The notes beneath the pieces are model-generated. The model saw only the letters and a program-made list of their open reading frames with translations, was not told where the DNA came from and did not search any database. DNA of 59,019 nt from a virus. Taxonomy: Duplodnaviria > Caudoviricetes. Numbering within the stretch: the stretch's first letter is position 1; each line of letters starts with the position of its first letter. The DNA lies in IMG/VR virus record IMGVR_UViG_3300031716_000008, positions 1 to 59,019 of that record, one strand, 5' to 3'. The position numbers and the translations under genes were made by a program. Shown here one piece after another: positions 1 through 8,415 of this stretch.

Positions 1-26
1 CCAAAAAATCGAACCACTCCATTGGC

Positions 27-215
27 TTACCGTCCTTGTCGTCTCCGTGTCTCCTGGCGACTGGCGCGCTCTAACCGATTGCTGTAGTACAGCAAAAAGT
101 AGAGGGCTACGCCGACCGGGATGAACATCCAAAAACCGATGTAGGGGACCACGAGCAGGGCTACGATGCATAGCACTGCCGCGACCTTCCCAAAAACCTT
201 GGCGCCATCAAACAT
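27..215 (-). CDS. small two-TM membrane protein
   Basis: 3' part of ORF 27..560; from ATG 215: MFDGAKVFGKVAAVLCIVALLVVPYIGFWMFIPVGVALYFLLYY followed by a basic tail. Confidence 0.5.
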   Translation of the reverse strand: MFDGAKVFGKVAAVLCIVALLVVPYIGFWMFIPVGVALYFLLYYSNRLERASRQETRRRQGR

Positions 216-566
216 GCTCAGGTGATCTCCAATGAGCCGTGTGGCCAAGGCGCTGTCAGACCAGCGTCGGGGGGTTGATTGCCTTCTGCTTGCAAGACCT
301 CCGGCGTCGGTAGCGGGGGTACCAGTGGGATCGCCCGCGTCGAGTTCGCCGCAAAATCGCTGCGTGGCCCGGGGGCCCGCAACGTGGTGCGACCTTCGGG
401 TAGACGGCGCTCTTGGTAGAGCTTCGCGCTCTGTGACAAACGTGGCATGGCTGAACTCCGCTGGCGAAAGTACCAGATCGGAGCGTATATTAGCCGCCAC
501 GTCACAGTAAGACAATTCAGACATGTTCGACACACAGCCCGTCGAGGAACGGTCGAACACTTGCGA

Positions 567-701
567 TCACCGGAGTAAACCCAGTACGAGCTGGCCCGCT
601 TGACGGAACAGCTCACAGATCGCACCTAGAATCATCTCGACTACGTTCTCCAGCCATTGGAGCTGAGGTTCGCAGTCATCTTCTTCGGAGTAATAGGACA
701 T
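567..701 (-). CDS. small hypothetical protein (MSYYSEEDDCEPQ...)
   Basis: In-frame ATG at 701 within ORF 567..761; amphipathic-looking sequence; start uncertain. Confidence 0.35.
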   Translation of the reverse strand: MSYYSEEDDCEPQLQWLENVVEMILGAICELFRQAGQLVLGLLR

Positions 702-2652
702 GGATTCGTCCCCTTCTTCTGCGATTGCCCTGCCCACCGCGGCACAAACCAAGGCGATCACGGCCGTTAAGAACCAGGCCGAGATTCAGCGGCTGCTGGC
801 CAGTCTCGCCAACAAGCAAGCCGACGGGCGAACAATTACGCAGACAGACCAGTTGTATACGATGCGCAAGCTGGCGGAGCTGGGAGCGATTCAAACGCTT
901 GAGCTACTCCTCCCGCTGGCGCTAACGCTGAACGGTCATCCTTATACGTTAAAGGACCACTTCCCGTTCTCACCTATCTACCGCACGCGGATGGCGACGA
1001 CGACGCTGCTCAAGACGGGTCGTCAAACATCCAAATCCACTAACCTTGCTTCACACGGCACGCTCCTTTCGAATTGCATTCCCTATTTCCGCACGCTGTA
1101 TGTGACGCCGCTCTACGAGCAGATTCGCCGCTTCAGCAACAACTACGTCCGACCCTTCATCGAGCAATCGCCGATCAAGTCGTTGTGGTCGGGCACGAGC
1201 ACGGAGAACTCCGTGCTGCAGCGCTCGTTCAAAAACTTGAGCATGATGCTCTTCTCATTCGCGTTGCTCGACGCCGACCGCATCCGCGGTGTCAGCGCTG
1301 ACTGCGTGTGCATCGACGAAGTGCAAGACTTCGATCCGGCGCACATCCCGATCATTCGCGAATGCATGAGCCATAGTAAATTTAAGCTCATGAAATTGAC
1401 CGGGACCCCGAAATCGCTTTCGGGCACGGTCGAGGGAGTGTGGAGGCGCTCGTCACAAGCCGAGTGGGTGATACCTTGCTACAGTTGCTCGACGTGGAAC
1501 ATTCCGTCGCTGGAGTTCCACATCGACGCGATGATCGGACCGCTGCACGATTTCATCAGCGAAAAAATTCCCGCTGTCGTATGTTGGAAATGCCGCAAGC
1601 CGATCAACCCGCGACACGGCCATTGGCTGCATCGCTATCCGGAACGGCGTTGGGATTTGGCCGGCTATCACATCCCGCAAATTATTCTGCCGCTGCATTA
1701 CGCGAATCGTAAAGCGTGGGCGGAACTCTTGGCGAAGCGCGAAGGCTGGGGCAACACGCCGATCCACGTGTTCTACAACGAAGTGCTCGGCGAGTCGGTC
1801 GACACCGGTCAGAAGCTGGTCAGCGAATCGGAACTCCGCGTCGCCTCCAAGCTGCCATGGCGGAACCGACCCAACAATCCAGACCCCGAAGTGATTCGGC
1901 GTCTGGGCATGTATCGCTATCGCGTGCTGACCACCGACTGGGGCGGCGGCGGTAAGGACGGCGTGAGCTTCACGACGTTGGCCTTGCTCGGGCTCACACC
2001 CGACGGCCGTATCGATTGCCTGTGGGGCAAACGACTCGTCGCTTCGCAAGAGCATCTCCGCGAGGCGATGGAGTGCTTGCACTGGCTACGGGCGTTCCGC
2101 TGCCACATGTTCGTCCACGACTACACCGGCGCCGGCACCGTGCGAGAAACGGTTCTCGCCCAGGCCGGCTTCGATCTGAATCGTGTCTTCCCCGTGCAGT
2201 ACGTGCGCTCGGCGTCGCGGAGCTTGCTCCACTTCGAGCCCGCCACCGAACTCCACAACCGGAATCGGTACACGCTCGACAAGACGCGCTCGCTGCTCTA
2301 CACCTTCACGGCGATCAAGCTCGATCACCTGCGGTTCTTCGAGTACGACTTCGTCAATGAAGACGACACCGGCCTGATCGCCGACTTTCTGGCCCTCATT
2401 GAAGAGAAGGCCGAGAGTCGGCTCGCCGGCGACATCTACACGATCATCCGCAACGAGTCGCTGACCGACGACTTCGCCCAGGCCGTCAACATCGGCACCC
2501 ATGCCCTGTGGCACATGGGCCAGGCGACGCCCGACTTTGCTCAGGCCGCCGCCATTGCTCGTATTTCGACGTCCCAGATCATGGCTGCAGGCTCACGGGA
2601 CTACGGCTGGGATGAAGATCGGACGATGGCGGGTTTTCTGGGACAGCCGTAA
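700..2652 (+). CDS. terL: phage terminase large subunit (GpA-like ATPase + nuclease)
   Basis: Walker A-like KTGRQTSKST, RIRGVSAD..IDEVQD Walker B, TGTPK motif III, CxxC pairs, FYNEVLG, nuclease DWGGG and C-terminal DDFAQA. Confidence 0.9.
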   Translation: MDSSPSSAIALPTAAQTKAITAVKNQAEIQRLLASLANKQADGRTITQTDQLYTMRKLAELGAIQTLELLLPLALTLNGHPYTLKDHFPFSPIYRTRMATTTLLKTGRQTSKSTNLASHGTLLSNCIPYFRTLYVTPLYEQIRRFSNNYVRPFIEQSPIKSLWSGTSTENSVLQRSFKNLSMMLFSFALLDADRIRGVSADCVCIDEVQDFDPAHIPIIRECMSHSKFKLMKLTGTPKSLSGTVEGVWRRSSQAEWVIPCYSCSTWNIPSLEFHIDAMIGPLHDFISEKIPAVVCWKCRKPINPRHGHWLHRYPERRWDLAGYHIPQIILPLHYANRKAWAELLAKREGWGNTPIHVFYNEVLGESVDTGQKLVSESELRVASKLPWRNRPNNPDPEVIRRLGMYRYRVLTTDWGGGGKDGVSFTTLALLGLTPDGRIDCLWGKRLVASQEHLREAMECLHWLRAFRCHMFVHDYTGAGTVRETVLAQAGFDLNRVFPVQYVRSASRSLLHFEPATELHNRNRYTLDKTRSLLYTFTAIKLDHLRFFEYDFVNEDDTGLIADFLALIEEKAESRLAGDIYTIIRNESLTDDFAQAVNIGTHALWHMGQATPDFAQAAAIARISTSQIMAAGSRDYGWDEDRTMAGFLGQP

Positions 2653-2847
2653 TTATTTCTTCGCCGGCGGTTGTGACTTCGCCCGCTTCTTTCGTGTGCG
2701 GATGATGCCGGCGGAGATACCGAGCTTGCGGATCGCTCTCTCGCAGTGGTGCAACTCGGTCTTCGACAGGTTCTGCCGGGTACCGCCGGCACGCGCTGCC
2801 GCGACAAGCGCCAGCGACTCCTGGGGAGTCAATGAGACATTAGGCAT
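2653..2847 (-). CDS. small basic hypothetical protein
   Basis: In-frame ATG at 2847; packs tightly between neighbours. Confidence 0.5.
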   Translation of the reverse strand: MPNVSLTPQESLALVAAARAGGTRQNLSKTELHHCERAIRKLGISAGIIRTRKKRAKSQPPAKK

Positions 2848-2855
2848 GTGGTTGC

Positions 2856-3101
2856 TCAATTGAGGATGAGGTGGTTGTGCTCGTCGCCGGCTTGGAAGTA
2901 ATCCGGCCAGCCATTCGTCAAATACGGTATGAACTCGCTGTCGCAATCGGGCTCAGTTTGTTGGAACACTGCCCACGCGTTGCGGATCAGTAGGCCGATG
3001 AATTCGAGGTCGCGGGCCTGGTTGGATAATCGGACTGTACCTACGAACAACGGCCCGGCGCCCGGGTCTTTATTCCAGATGTCGAGCTGATCACTTTTCA
3101 T
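2856..3101 (-). CDS. hypothetical protein
   Basis: ATG 3101 overlaps stop of upstream ORF (ATGA coupling). Confidence 0.55.
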   Translation of the reverse strand: MKSDQLDIWNKDPGAGPLFVGTVRLSNQARDLEFIGLLIRNAWAVFQQTEPDCDSEFIPYLTNGWPDYFQAGDEHNHLILN

Positions 3102-3436
3102 ACGTGTAATTCTCCGCGCTCCTGCCAGGGGCCCGTGCAGACTATCAAGTTGTAACAACCGCGACGGGTGCCGCTTGGCAACGGCATATAGTCATCCACG
3201 CGGAACGTGATCGACCACTCAGATGTCTGAATCGACCAAGTGCCGGCGGCCGGCAAACTACCGAACTGACGATGTTGCGTCACGGTCAGGTTCGGCACAG
3301 TAACCAGATACGCCAGCAGGTCGGCGAGCGTGCCCTTGGCGTCGCTGCAGATCGCTGACCAATTGCGTAGAAAGTAGCGGCACTTGCCGAGCAAGGCATC
3401 GGTTTTGATGTAGTCGAACCATTCTTGGAAAGTCAT
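3098..3436 (-). CDS. hypothetical protein
   Basis: 112 aa ORF, translationally coupled chain. Confidence 0.6.
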   Translation of the reverse strand: MTFQEWFDYIKTDALLGKCRYFLRNWSAICSDAKGTLADLLAYLVTVPNLTVTQHRQFGSLPAAGTWSIQTSEWSITFRVDDYMPLPSGTRRGCYNLIVCTGPWQERGELHV

Positions 3437-3552
3437 TTTCTTTGTCCGTGCGCTATCGCGAAGGCGATCTCCGCGGCGGTCTCATCGTCGTAGCCGGCTT
3501 GTTGCGCGGCGTGATACAGATTGAGCCAGAGTCGGTAGGCGTAGTCGATCAT
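3433..3552 (-). CDS. 39-aa hypothetical protein (MIDYAYRLWLNLYHAAQQAGYDDETAAEIAFAIAHGQRK)
   Basis: Read by hand; exactly fills the gap with ATGA overlaps at both ends. Confidence 0.5.
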   Translation of the reverse strand: MIDYAYRLWLNLYHAAQQAGYDDETAAEIAFAIAHGQRK

Positions 3553-3704
3553 CGGTACGGCCACGCCCGCAGCCAGCGACGGATCGTGCTCTCGGTACGA
3601 CGAGCCGACTTGGCAATTTGTTTTACGGATTGCTTGCCGAGGTAGTGGCAGCGGCAGGCTGCCAAGATCATTGACATGCGCTGAAATGTTATACGCTTAC
3701 CCAT
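3549..3704 (-). CDS. small helix-turn-helix protein
   Basis: SVKQIAKSARRTESTIRRWL HTH pattern; TAATG coupling at 3704. Confidence 0.55.
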   Translation of the reverse strand: MGKRITFQRMSMILAACRCHYLGKQSVKQIAKSARRTESTIRRWLRAWPYR

Positions 3705-4066
3705 TAGTAGTGCTTCTTTCGCGGCCGTTGCAGCTCGTCTTCCGTGGGCTCGGCTTCTGTGCCGACACCGCACTCAGCCACATGACAGACGACCTCGCCG
3801 AGTTGAGCGCGCGTCAGGTCGTGGCGATGGTACGCGATGTAGTGGATACACAGCGAGTTTGTCAGGACGTGCCCCGGTAAGAAGTGATCGTGGTTGTCGC
3901 TGCAAGCTCCGCACTTGCAGACATGGAAGCCGCGATACCCACCATGTGCATCGGTCACACTAGCGCGGTACAGCGCCGTGACCTGTCGCGTCAACGCGTC
4001 GATGATCGGCTCAGCCGCTGGCGGCGACTGGGGCTCGATCATCAGGAAGCCTTTGGGATCAATCAT
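3704..4066 (-). CDS. hypothetical protein with Cys/His motif
   Basis: YRGFHVCKCGACS...NSLCIHYIAYH possible metal-binding motif. Confidence 0.6.
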   Translation of the reverse strand: MIDPKGFLMIEPQSPPAAEPIIDALTRQVTALYRASVTDAHGGYRGFHVCKCGACSDNHDHFLPGHVLTNSLCIHYIAYHRHDLTRAQLGEVVCHVAECGVGTEAEPTEDELQRPRKKHY

Positions 4067-4239
4067 CGTTTTGGTCGGAACATCCGCAGTTTCTGGGCTA
4101 CGAATTTTCGGTAGGGGTCGTGTTTGGGCAGCGTGCGGACATACACGCCGCCGGCGAACTCGTTGACGGCCATGTTGACCTTGTTTACGAGTACCCAGAT
4201 CGCACCTTTACGACCCTGGACTGACGGTGGTTTGATCAT
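4063..4239 (-). CDS. small hypothetical protein
   Basis: ATG 4239 coupled to upstream stop. Confidence 0.45.
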   Translation of the reverse strand: MIKPPSVQGRKGAIWVLVNKVNMAVNEFAGGVYVRTLPKHDPYRKFVAQKLRMFRPKR

Positions 4240-4481
4240 GCGCGGAAGTGAAACCTCGAACATCGGGGACACATTCCAAATAAGCCGCGGCGCTCGGCGT
4301 AGTAGTTGCGATCGCAGTTGCTGCATTCTTTAGGGTTGTCCTTCCACGCGTCGGGACAGCCAGCTTCGTGGCAGATGACGCCGTCGACGCGGGACGGGCT
4401 GCAGCTATTGCAACCGCAGAGTAGATCGATCGAGTCGCCGTTACAATACCGCGACCGGGGCCGCTGCTTGGTTTCCGGCAT
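4236..4481 (-). CDS. Cys-rich zinc-finger-like protein
   Basis: CGCNSC..DGVICHEAGCP..CSNC..CPRC. Confidence 0.55.
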   Translation of the reverse strand: MPETKQRPRSRYCNGDSIDLLCGCNSCSPSRVDGVICHEAGCPDAWKDNPKECSNCDRNYYAERRGLFGMCPRCSRFHFRA

Positions 4482-5223
4482 TAGCTTCCTCCGCGAACAT
4501 GGTCTGCCTGATCTCCCACGGAGCACCGAGGTCTTCGGTGAGGTGTTCGGAGATCAGCCAAGTGAGGTAGCCGCGAGACTCCTTCTCGCTCTTGTGCCGG
4601 TTACTCGGCCGGGCGTAGTCGCGGATCGCCGCGTCGATGATCTGCCGTTCGGCATCCGACACGTTGTCGGGGATCAGGAACTTCGGGTCGGCGACGCCAA
4701 TGAACAGCAACGCCCGCCCCTTGATGTCGGTGATCGTGTTGCCGTAGCAAATGGCCGACGCCATGTAGTAATCGCTGCGGGTGCGGGGGTAGGCAATCAT
4801 CGACTCCTCCGTGTTGTACGAGTAGGCTCGCACACCCGGGTGGAAGTCGATCTGATTACTCCACTGCTCGCGCAGCAGGTCCTCAGCTTTGCGCCGCGCC
4901 AGGTCGGCGTACTCGATGACCAGCTCATCCTGCCTGCGTCGATCGATATAAGTGCCCCCGTTGTCGACGAAGAGCAGATCGTAGTAGCGGCGCAGCTCCT
5001 GGCTGAGCTTGATCTGGCCGGACTGTGTGGCGAAGCATTTGTTGCACTGCGGATACGCAACTTCGACGTAATACGAGTACCGACCGAGGTGCGGATGCAC
5101 CTCGACGTAATACTTCTCCTTGGCCTCGCACGGGCAGGAACCAAACGTGCTGCGGATGGTTTCGCTGACACCCTGCCGCTGCCAGTAGATCATTTCCGGC
5201 GTGTAGATGTTCACGATCGTCAT
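4441..5223 (-). CDS. hypothetical protein
   Basis: Long ORF; ATG 5223 coupled to upstream stop; CPC and CNKC motifs. Confidence 0.6.
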   Translation of the reverse strand: MTIVNIYTPEMIYWQRQGVSETIRSTFGSCPCEAKEKYYVEVHPHLGRYSYYVEVAYPQCNKCFATQSGQIKLSQELRRYYDLLFVDNGGTYIDRRRQDELVIEYADLARRKAEDLLREQWSNQIDFHPGVRAYSYNTEESMIAYPRTRSDYYMASAICYGNTITDIKGRALLFIGVADPKFLIPDNVSDAERQIIDAAIRDYARPSNRHKSEKESRGYLTWLISEHLTEDLGAPWEIRQTMFAEEANAGNQAAAPVAVL

Positions 5224-5420
5224 GGAGGCCCGCCTAGTGCCTGCAGAGCTTTGGTAGATTCTCGGATCACGGCACCCAAGTTCAGCCGGATCGTTCCTCG
5301 GAGGTCGTAATCCTGATTGCACTCAGCGACTTTTTGCTGAAGTGTCTTGGCGGCCTTCGTCGCCTGGATAATGCGTTCTTCTAGCTCTTCCAACTCGTTG
5401 CGTTGTGAGGGGGTCAACAT
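5220..5420 (-). CDS. small coiled-coil protein
   Basis: 66 aa, heptad-like ELEELEERIIQATKAAKTLQQKV. Confidence 0.55.
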   Translation of the reverse strand: MLTPSQRNELEELEERIIQATKAAKTLQQKVAECNQDYDLRGTIRLNLGAVIRESTKALQALGGPP

Positions 5421-5422
5421 GA

Positions 5423-5725
5423 TTAAAGCCGGTCTTCGCCGGAATCTTCTTCGTCCTCGTCCTCGAACTCCTCGTCCTCCTCCGTGTCGAAGTCCTCGTC
5501 GTCCTCATCCTCCCAGTCGTCCGCTTCGTCGTCCTCGACCTCCTCCCAGTCTTCGTCCTCGTCGTCACCTTCGAGGGCCGGGTCTTTGTCGGGATCGATC
5601 TCCGCTTCCTCCGCACTCGCACCCCACGGCCAATCCTGCTCCTCCGGCCCGGGCTCGAACACATCATTGTCGAACTCCGGATCGAATTCCCCGGCTACGA
5701 GCGGATAAAGGCAGTGCAAACCCAT
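5423..5725 (-). CDS. highly acidic small protein
   Basis: AGGAG upstream of ATG 5725; long D/E tract with interspersed W/F. Confidence 0.65.
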   Translation of the reverse strand: MGLHCLYPLVAGEFDPEFDNDVFEPGPEEQDWPWGASAEEAEIDPDKDPALEGDDEDEDWEEVEDDEADDWEDEDDEDFDTEEDEEFEDEDEEDSGEDRL

Positions 5726-5730
5726 GATGC

Positions 5731-8415
5731 TCACTCCTGTTTGGCAAGTGTCTTCCAGCAGGTATCCCACCATTCGCGGTCGATTTGCCAGCCGAGCACG
5801 CCTCGGCGGCGGTTCTCCTCACGTAAAGCCCCAGCACCCGCCAGCAGCTTGGTGACTAACAGCACATCCAATGGTAGGCCGCCATACTGGGCAGCGGTAT
5901 CGCTCAAGGGAGTTTGCGCCATCCAGACGCTTTGCTGATCAGCGAGGTACATCACCTCGCCCTCGAACCCATTCTCTTCCCGGCCCAGGCGGACCGTGCC
6001 CAGGTTCAAGGCGTAGGCCACTAAGTTTACGAGAAAGCGTGACAGGTCGGTGCGGCCGGCCGGCTCCAGCACGGCGCCGGCGGAACGTACGCGAGCCTTG
6101 TCGCCACTCTGTCGATCGAACCAGTCGGCCAGGTCCTCCAGCAGCTCCGGCAGCTCAGCCGGTGCGTCCGGCCGGCGACGAAGCCAATCCTGCAAATAGT
6201 ACGGCACCAGGTACGGCACCGCTTCGTTCGTTAGTTGCAGCGATCCGAGGGGTCGAGCCCCGCGAATGACATGCCATGTCTGTCGCAGACCGAGCACCTG
6301 GTTGGCGATCGGCGGCAGCGACACGACCAGGCGACCCGCATCTTCGATCTCCAGCCAGCGGCCGGGCTCCAGCGTCTTGCCGGGAGCAGCCCGCAGGACA
6401 GCGGGCCAGGTATGCGAGGTCAGCTTCTCTTGGACGAACGTCACGAGGTTCTCGCTGCTACGGACCAGCTCTGGGCACCCCAGGAGCACGGCCGCCGCTT
6501 CACCGATCGTAGTCGCCCCTTCGCCATCGAGCAGCACGCCGCGGGGCTTGCGGTTCGCGATCGGCGACAGTAACCCCGCCAAGACGGCCGCAGTAGTTGC
6601 CCACACTAGGCGGACTTCTTCGTTGTCGGCCGAGAGTAGCTCTGACAGCCGCCGGGGAAAGAACATCTCCGGTGCGACCAGGTGCGACCCTGGCAACTGC
6701 GTCGTACGGACCAGGCACTGACTCTTGGGGTCCACGTCGCCCTTGGCTGTCAGGGCGAAATCCGGAAACTGCACCACCTGGCGTTCGATGTCCCAGCCGA
6801 CGCCATCGGCTCCGCGAACCTGCTCCGGCTCATGGAAGATGATTGATAAGCCAACCAGGTGCTTCCGCCAGATCGGCGAGTAGGAAATTGTCCCTGCGTT
6901 GGCCACGTCGCGGACGTAATCGAACATCCAAGCGAAGCCGCGGTTCTCCAGCGTCTTGGCCTGCTCCAGGAACGGTATTTCATGCTCCCGGAAATAAATC
7001 TTGCCCTGGTAGTAGGTCCGACCCGGCTGCGAGGTGATGACGCGTTCGATCTGCAGCGTGGCGTTACACAGCAGCTCGCCCTTGTTGTAGGTCCAGGTAT
7101 TATTTTGCTGACTGACCGTCCGACCGTTGAAACGAAGCCGGCGGACCGTGGCGCTATCTTCGTAGGCTGTCTCCAGCCGGCTGCGGAGGGCCTTGTTGCA
7201 ACCGAGCGCGAACTCCGCCATTTGCTCGTTGCTCAGCTCGACACGCACCAGCACTGATTCGACGTCGTCGTGCGACTTGCCGTCCAGATAGTGCCGCAGT
7301 CCTAACTCCCACGGCACAGCGCGGCGGGCAGCCCGCTGCAACATCCCGCCGCTGGTATGCGAATAGAGGTCGTGGACGATCGTGCCGATCGAGCTATCCA
7401 GTTCGGCGATCTCACCACCGGCGTAACGGGCCTGAGCCAAGCCGGCGAGACGATCTTCCGGAGCCCAGCAGACCACGCGATCGCGGCGGATCGTTTGCCA
7501 GGTTGTTTCCGTCCGTTCGCGCGGCGTGTCGTACGTCGCTACGATCGGCAGTGGATTGTAATTCATCTGCAGGTGCAGGAGCTGCATCCGCAGAGCCAAT
7601 AGCGGGTCGGTGATCGCGAACAGCGTACGGCCGAACTGAGGATGTTCCGGCAGCGTCGTATTTTCGATGAACGCCAGGCCGGCTTCGACGCGCTTGGCCG
7701 GCTTGTTGAGCTTCTCGATGCGTAGGTAGGCCAGTTGCCGCTCGCCCTCCTCGTCGTGGCCGGCGAGGAGCATGCCGCAGATACGGCCAGGCAAGTCGTG
7801 GTAGGGGATGACCAGGCAATGGTCCCAGCCGTCGCCACTCATGATTCCCTTGGGGAACCCGTTGCGACGTCGGAATTTGAGCAACCAGTTGGGTGTCTCG
7901 GCGCCGATCAGGTGCGTCAGCAGCACCTCTCGCGATACCACGCCGAAGTATTGCCCGCCGCGACTGTCCCAGGGGACGCCGACCTCCGGCAGCCGGAGTC
8001 GTTGCAGCACGCCGGCGGCGATCCGCTGATTATTGGCGGCCCAGCGTCGCGTTTCCTGCCAGAATTGCAAGGCTCGCTTCCGCCAGCGGACGTGCTCGCG
8101 GTGGTAAGTCGTGAAGACATCGGGCACTAAGGCCTGGGCTGTGACCACGCCGTAGCCGTGTAGTTTTTGCAGCGTTTGCGCGAGATCGAGCTTCCAAGCC
8201 GCCGCGGCAAGCTCTATCATGTCACCACAGGCATGACAGCCGCCGCAAGAGAACCAATCTTGCTGCTCTGTGGTGTCGCGGTAAATGTAGAGACTGCCCG
8301 TCTGGCAACAGGGACAAGTCACACAGACGGGAAGCACAGTCGACTTGATCGAGATGCCCAGAACGGGCAGTATCTGCGAAAATCGAACTTCTTGACCCAG
8401 GGAGGCGGTCCTCAT
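5731..8415 (-). CDS. primase-related protein (N-terminal DnaG-type zinc ribbon, degenerate TOPRIM-like region)
   Basis: CPCC...WFSCGGCHACGDMIELA resembles CHC2 zinc finger; LVIPYHDLPGRICG resembles DnaG core; 894 aa. Confidence 0.6.
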   Translation of the reverse strand: MRTASLGQEVRFSQILPVLGISIKSTVLPVCVTCPCCQTGSLYIYRDTTEQQDWFSCGGCHACGDMIELAAAAWKLDLAQTLQKLHGYGVVTAQALVPDVFTTYHREHVRWRKRALQFWQETRRWAANNQRIAAGVLQRLRLPEVGVPWDSRGGQYFGVVSREVLLTHLIGAETPNWLLKFRRRNGFPKGIMSGDGWDHCLVIPYHDLPGRICGMLLAGHDEEGERQLAYLRIEKLNKPAKRVEAGLAFIENTTLPEHPQFGRTLFAITDPLLALRMQLLHLQMNYNPLPIVATYDTPRERTETTWQTIRRDRVVCWAPEDRLAGLAQARYAGGEIAELDSSIGTIVHDLYSHTSGGMLQRAARRAVPWELGLRHYLDGKSHDDVESVLVRVELSNEQMAEFALGCNKALRSRLETAYEDSATVRRLRFNGRTVSQQNNTWTYNKGELLCNATLQIERVITSQPGRTYYQGKIYFREHEIPFLEQAKTLENRGFAWMFDYVRDVANAGTISYSPIWRKHLVGLSIIFHEPEQVRGADGVGWDIERQVVQFPDFALTAKGDVDPKSQCLVRTTQLPGSHLVAPEMFFPRRLSELLSADNEEVRLVWATTAAVLAGLLSPIANRKPRGVLLDGEGATTIGEAAAVLLGCPELVRSSENLVTFVQEKLTSHTWPAVLRAAPGKTLEPGRWLEIEDAGRLVVSLPPIANQVLGLRQTWHVIRGARPLGSLQLTNEAVPYLVPYYLQDWLRRRPDAPAELPELLEDLADWFDRQSGDKARVRSAGAVLEPAGRTDLSRFLVNLVAYALNLGTVRLGREENGFEGEVMYLADQQSVWMAQTPLSDTAAQYGGLPLDVLLVTKLLAGAGALREENRRRGVLGWQIDREWWDTCWKTLAKQE
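8395..8410 (+). promoter_or_regulatory. SD in AGGGAG hairpin loop, putative CsrA site
   Basis: GACCC-AGGGAG-GCGGTC upstream of 8414. Confidence 0.5.

Noticed and set aside
4306-5310. 334-aa plus-strand ORF
   Set aside because: Antisense to a coupled chain of minus-strand genes.
5450-5580. TCC/TCG trinucleotide-like repeat and Ser-rich plus-strand ORF
   Set aside because: Simply the reverse complement of the Asp/Glu codons of the acidic protein.
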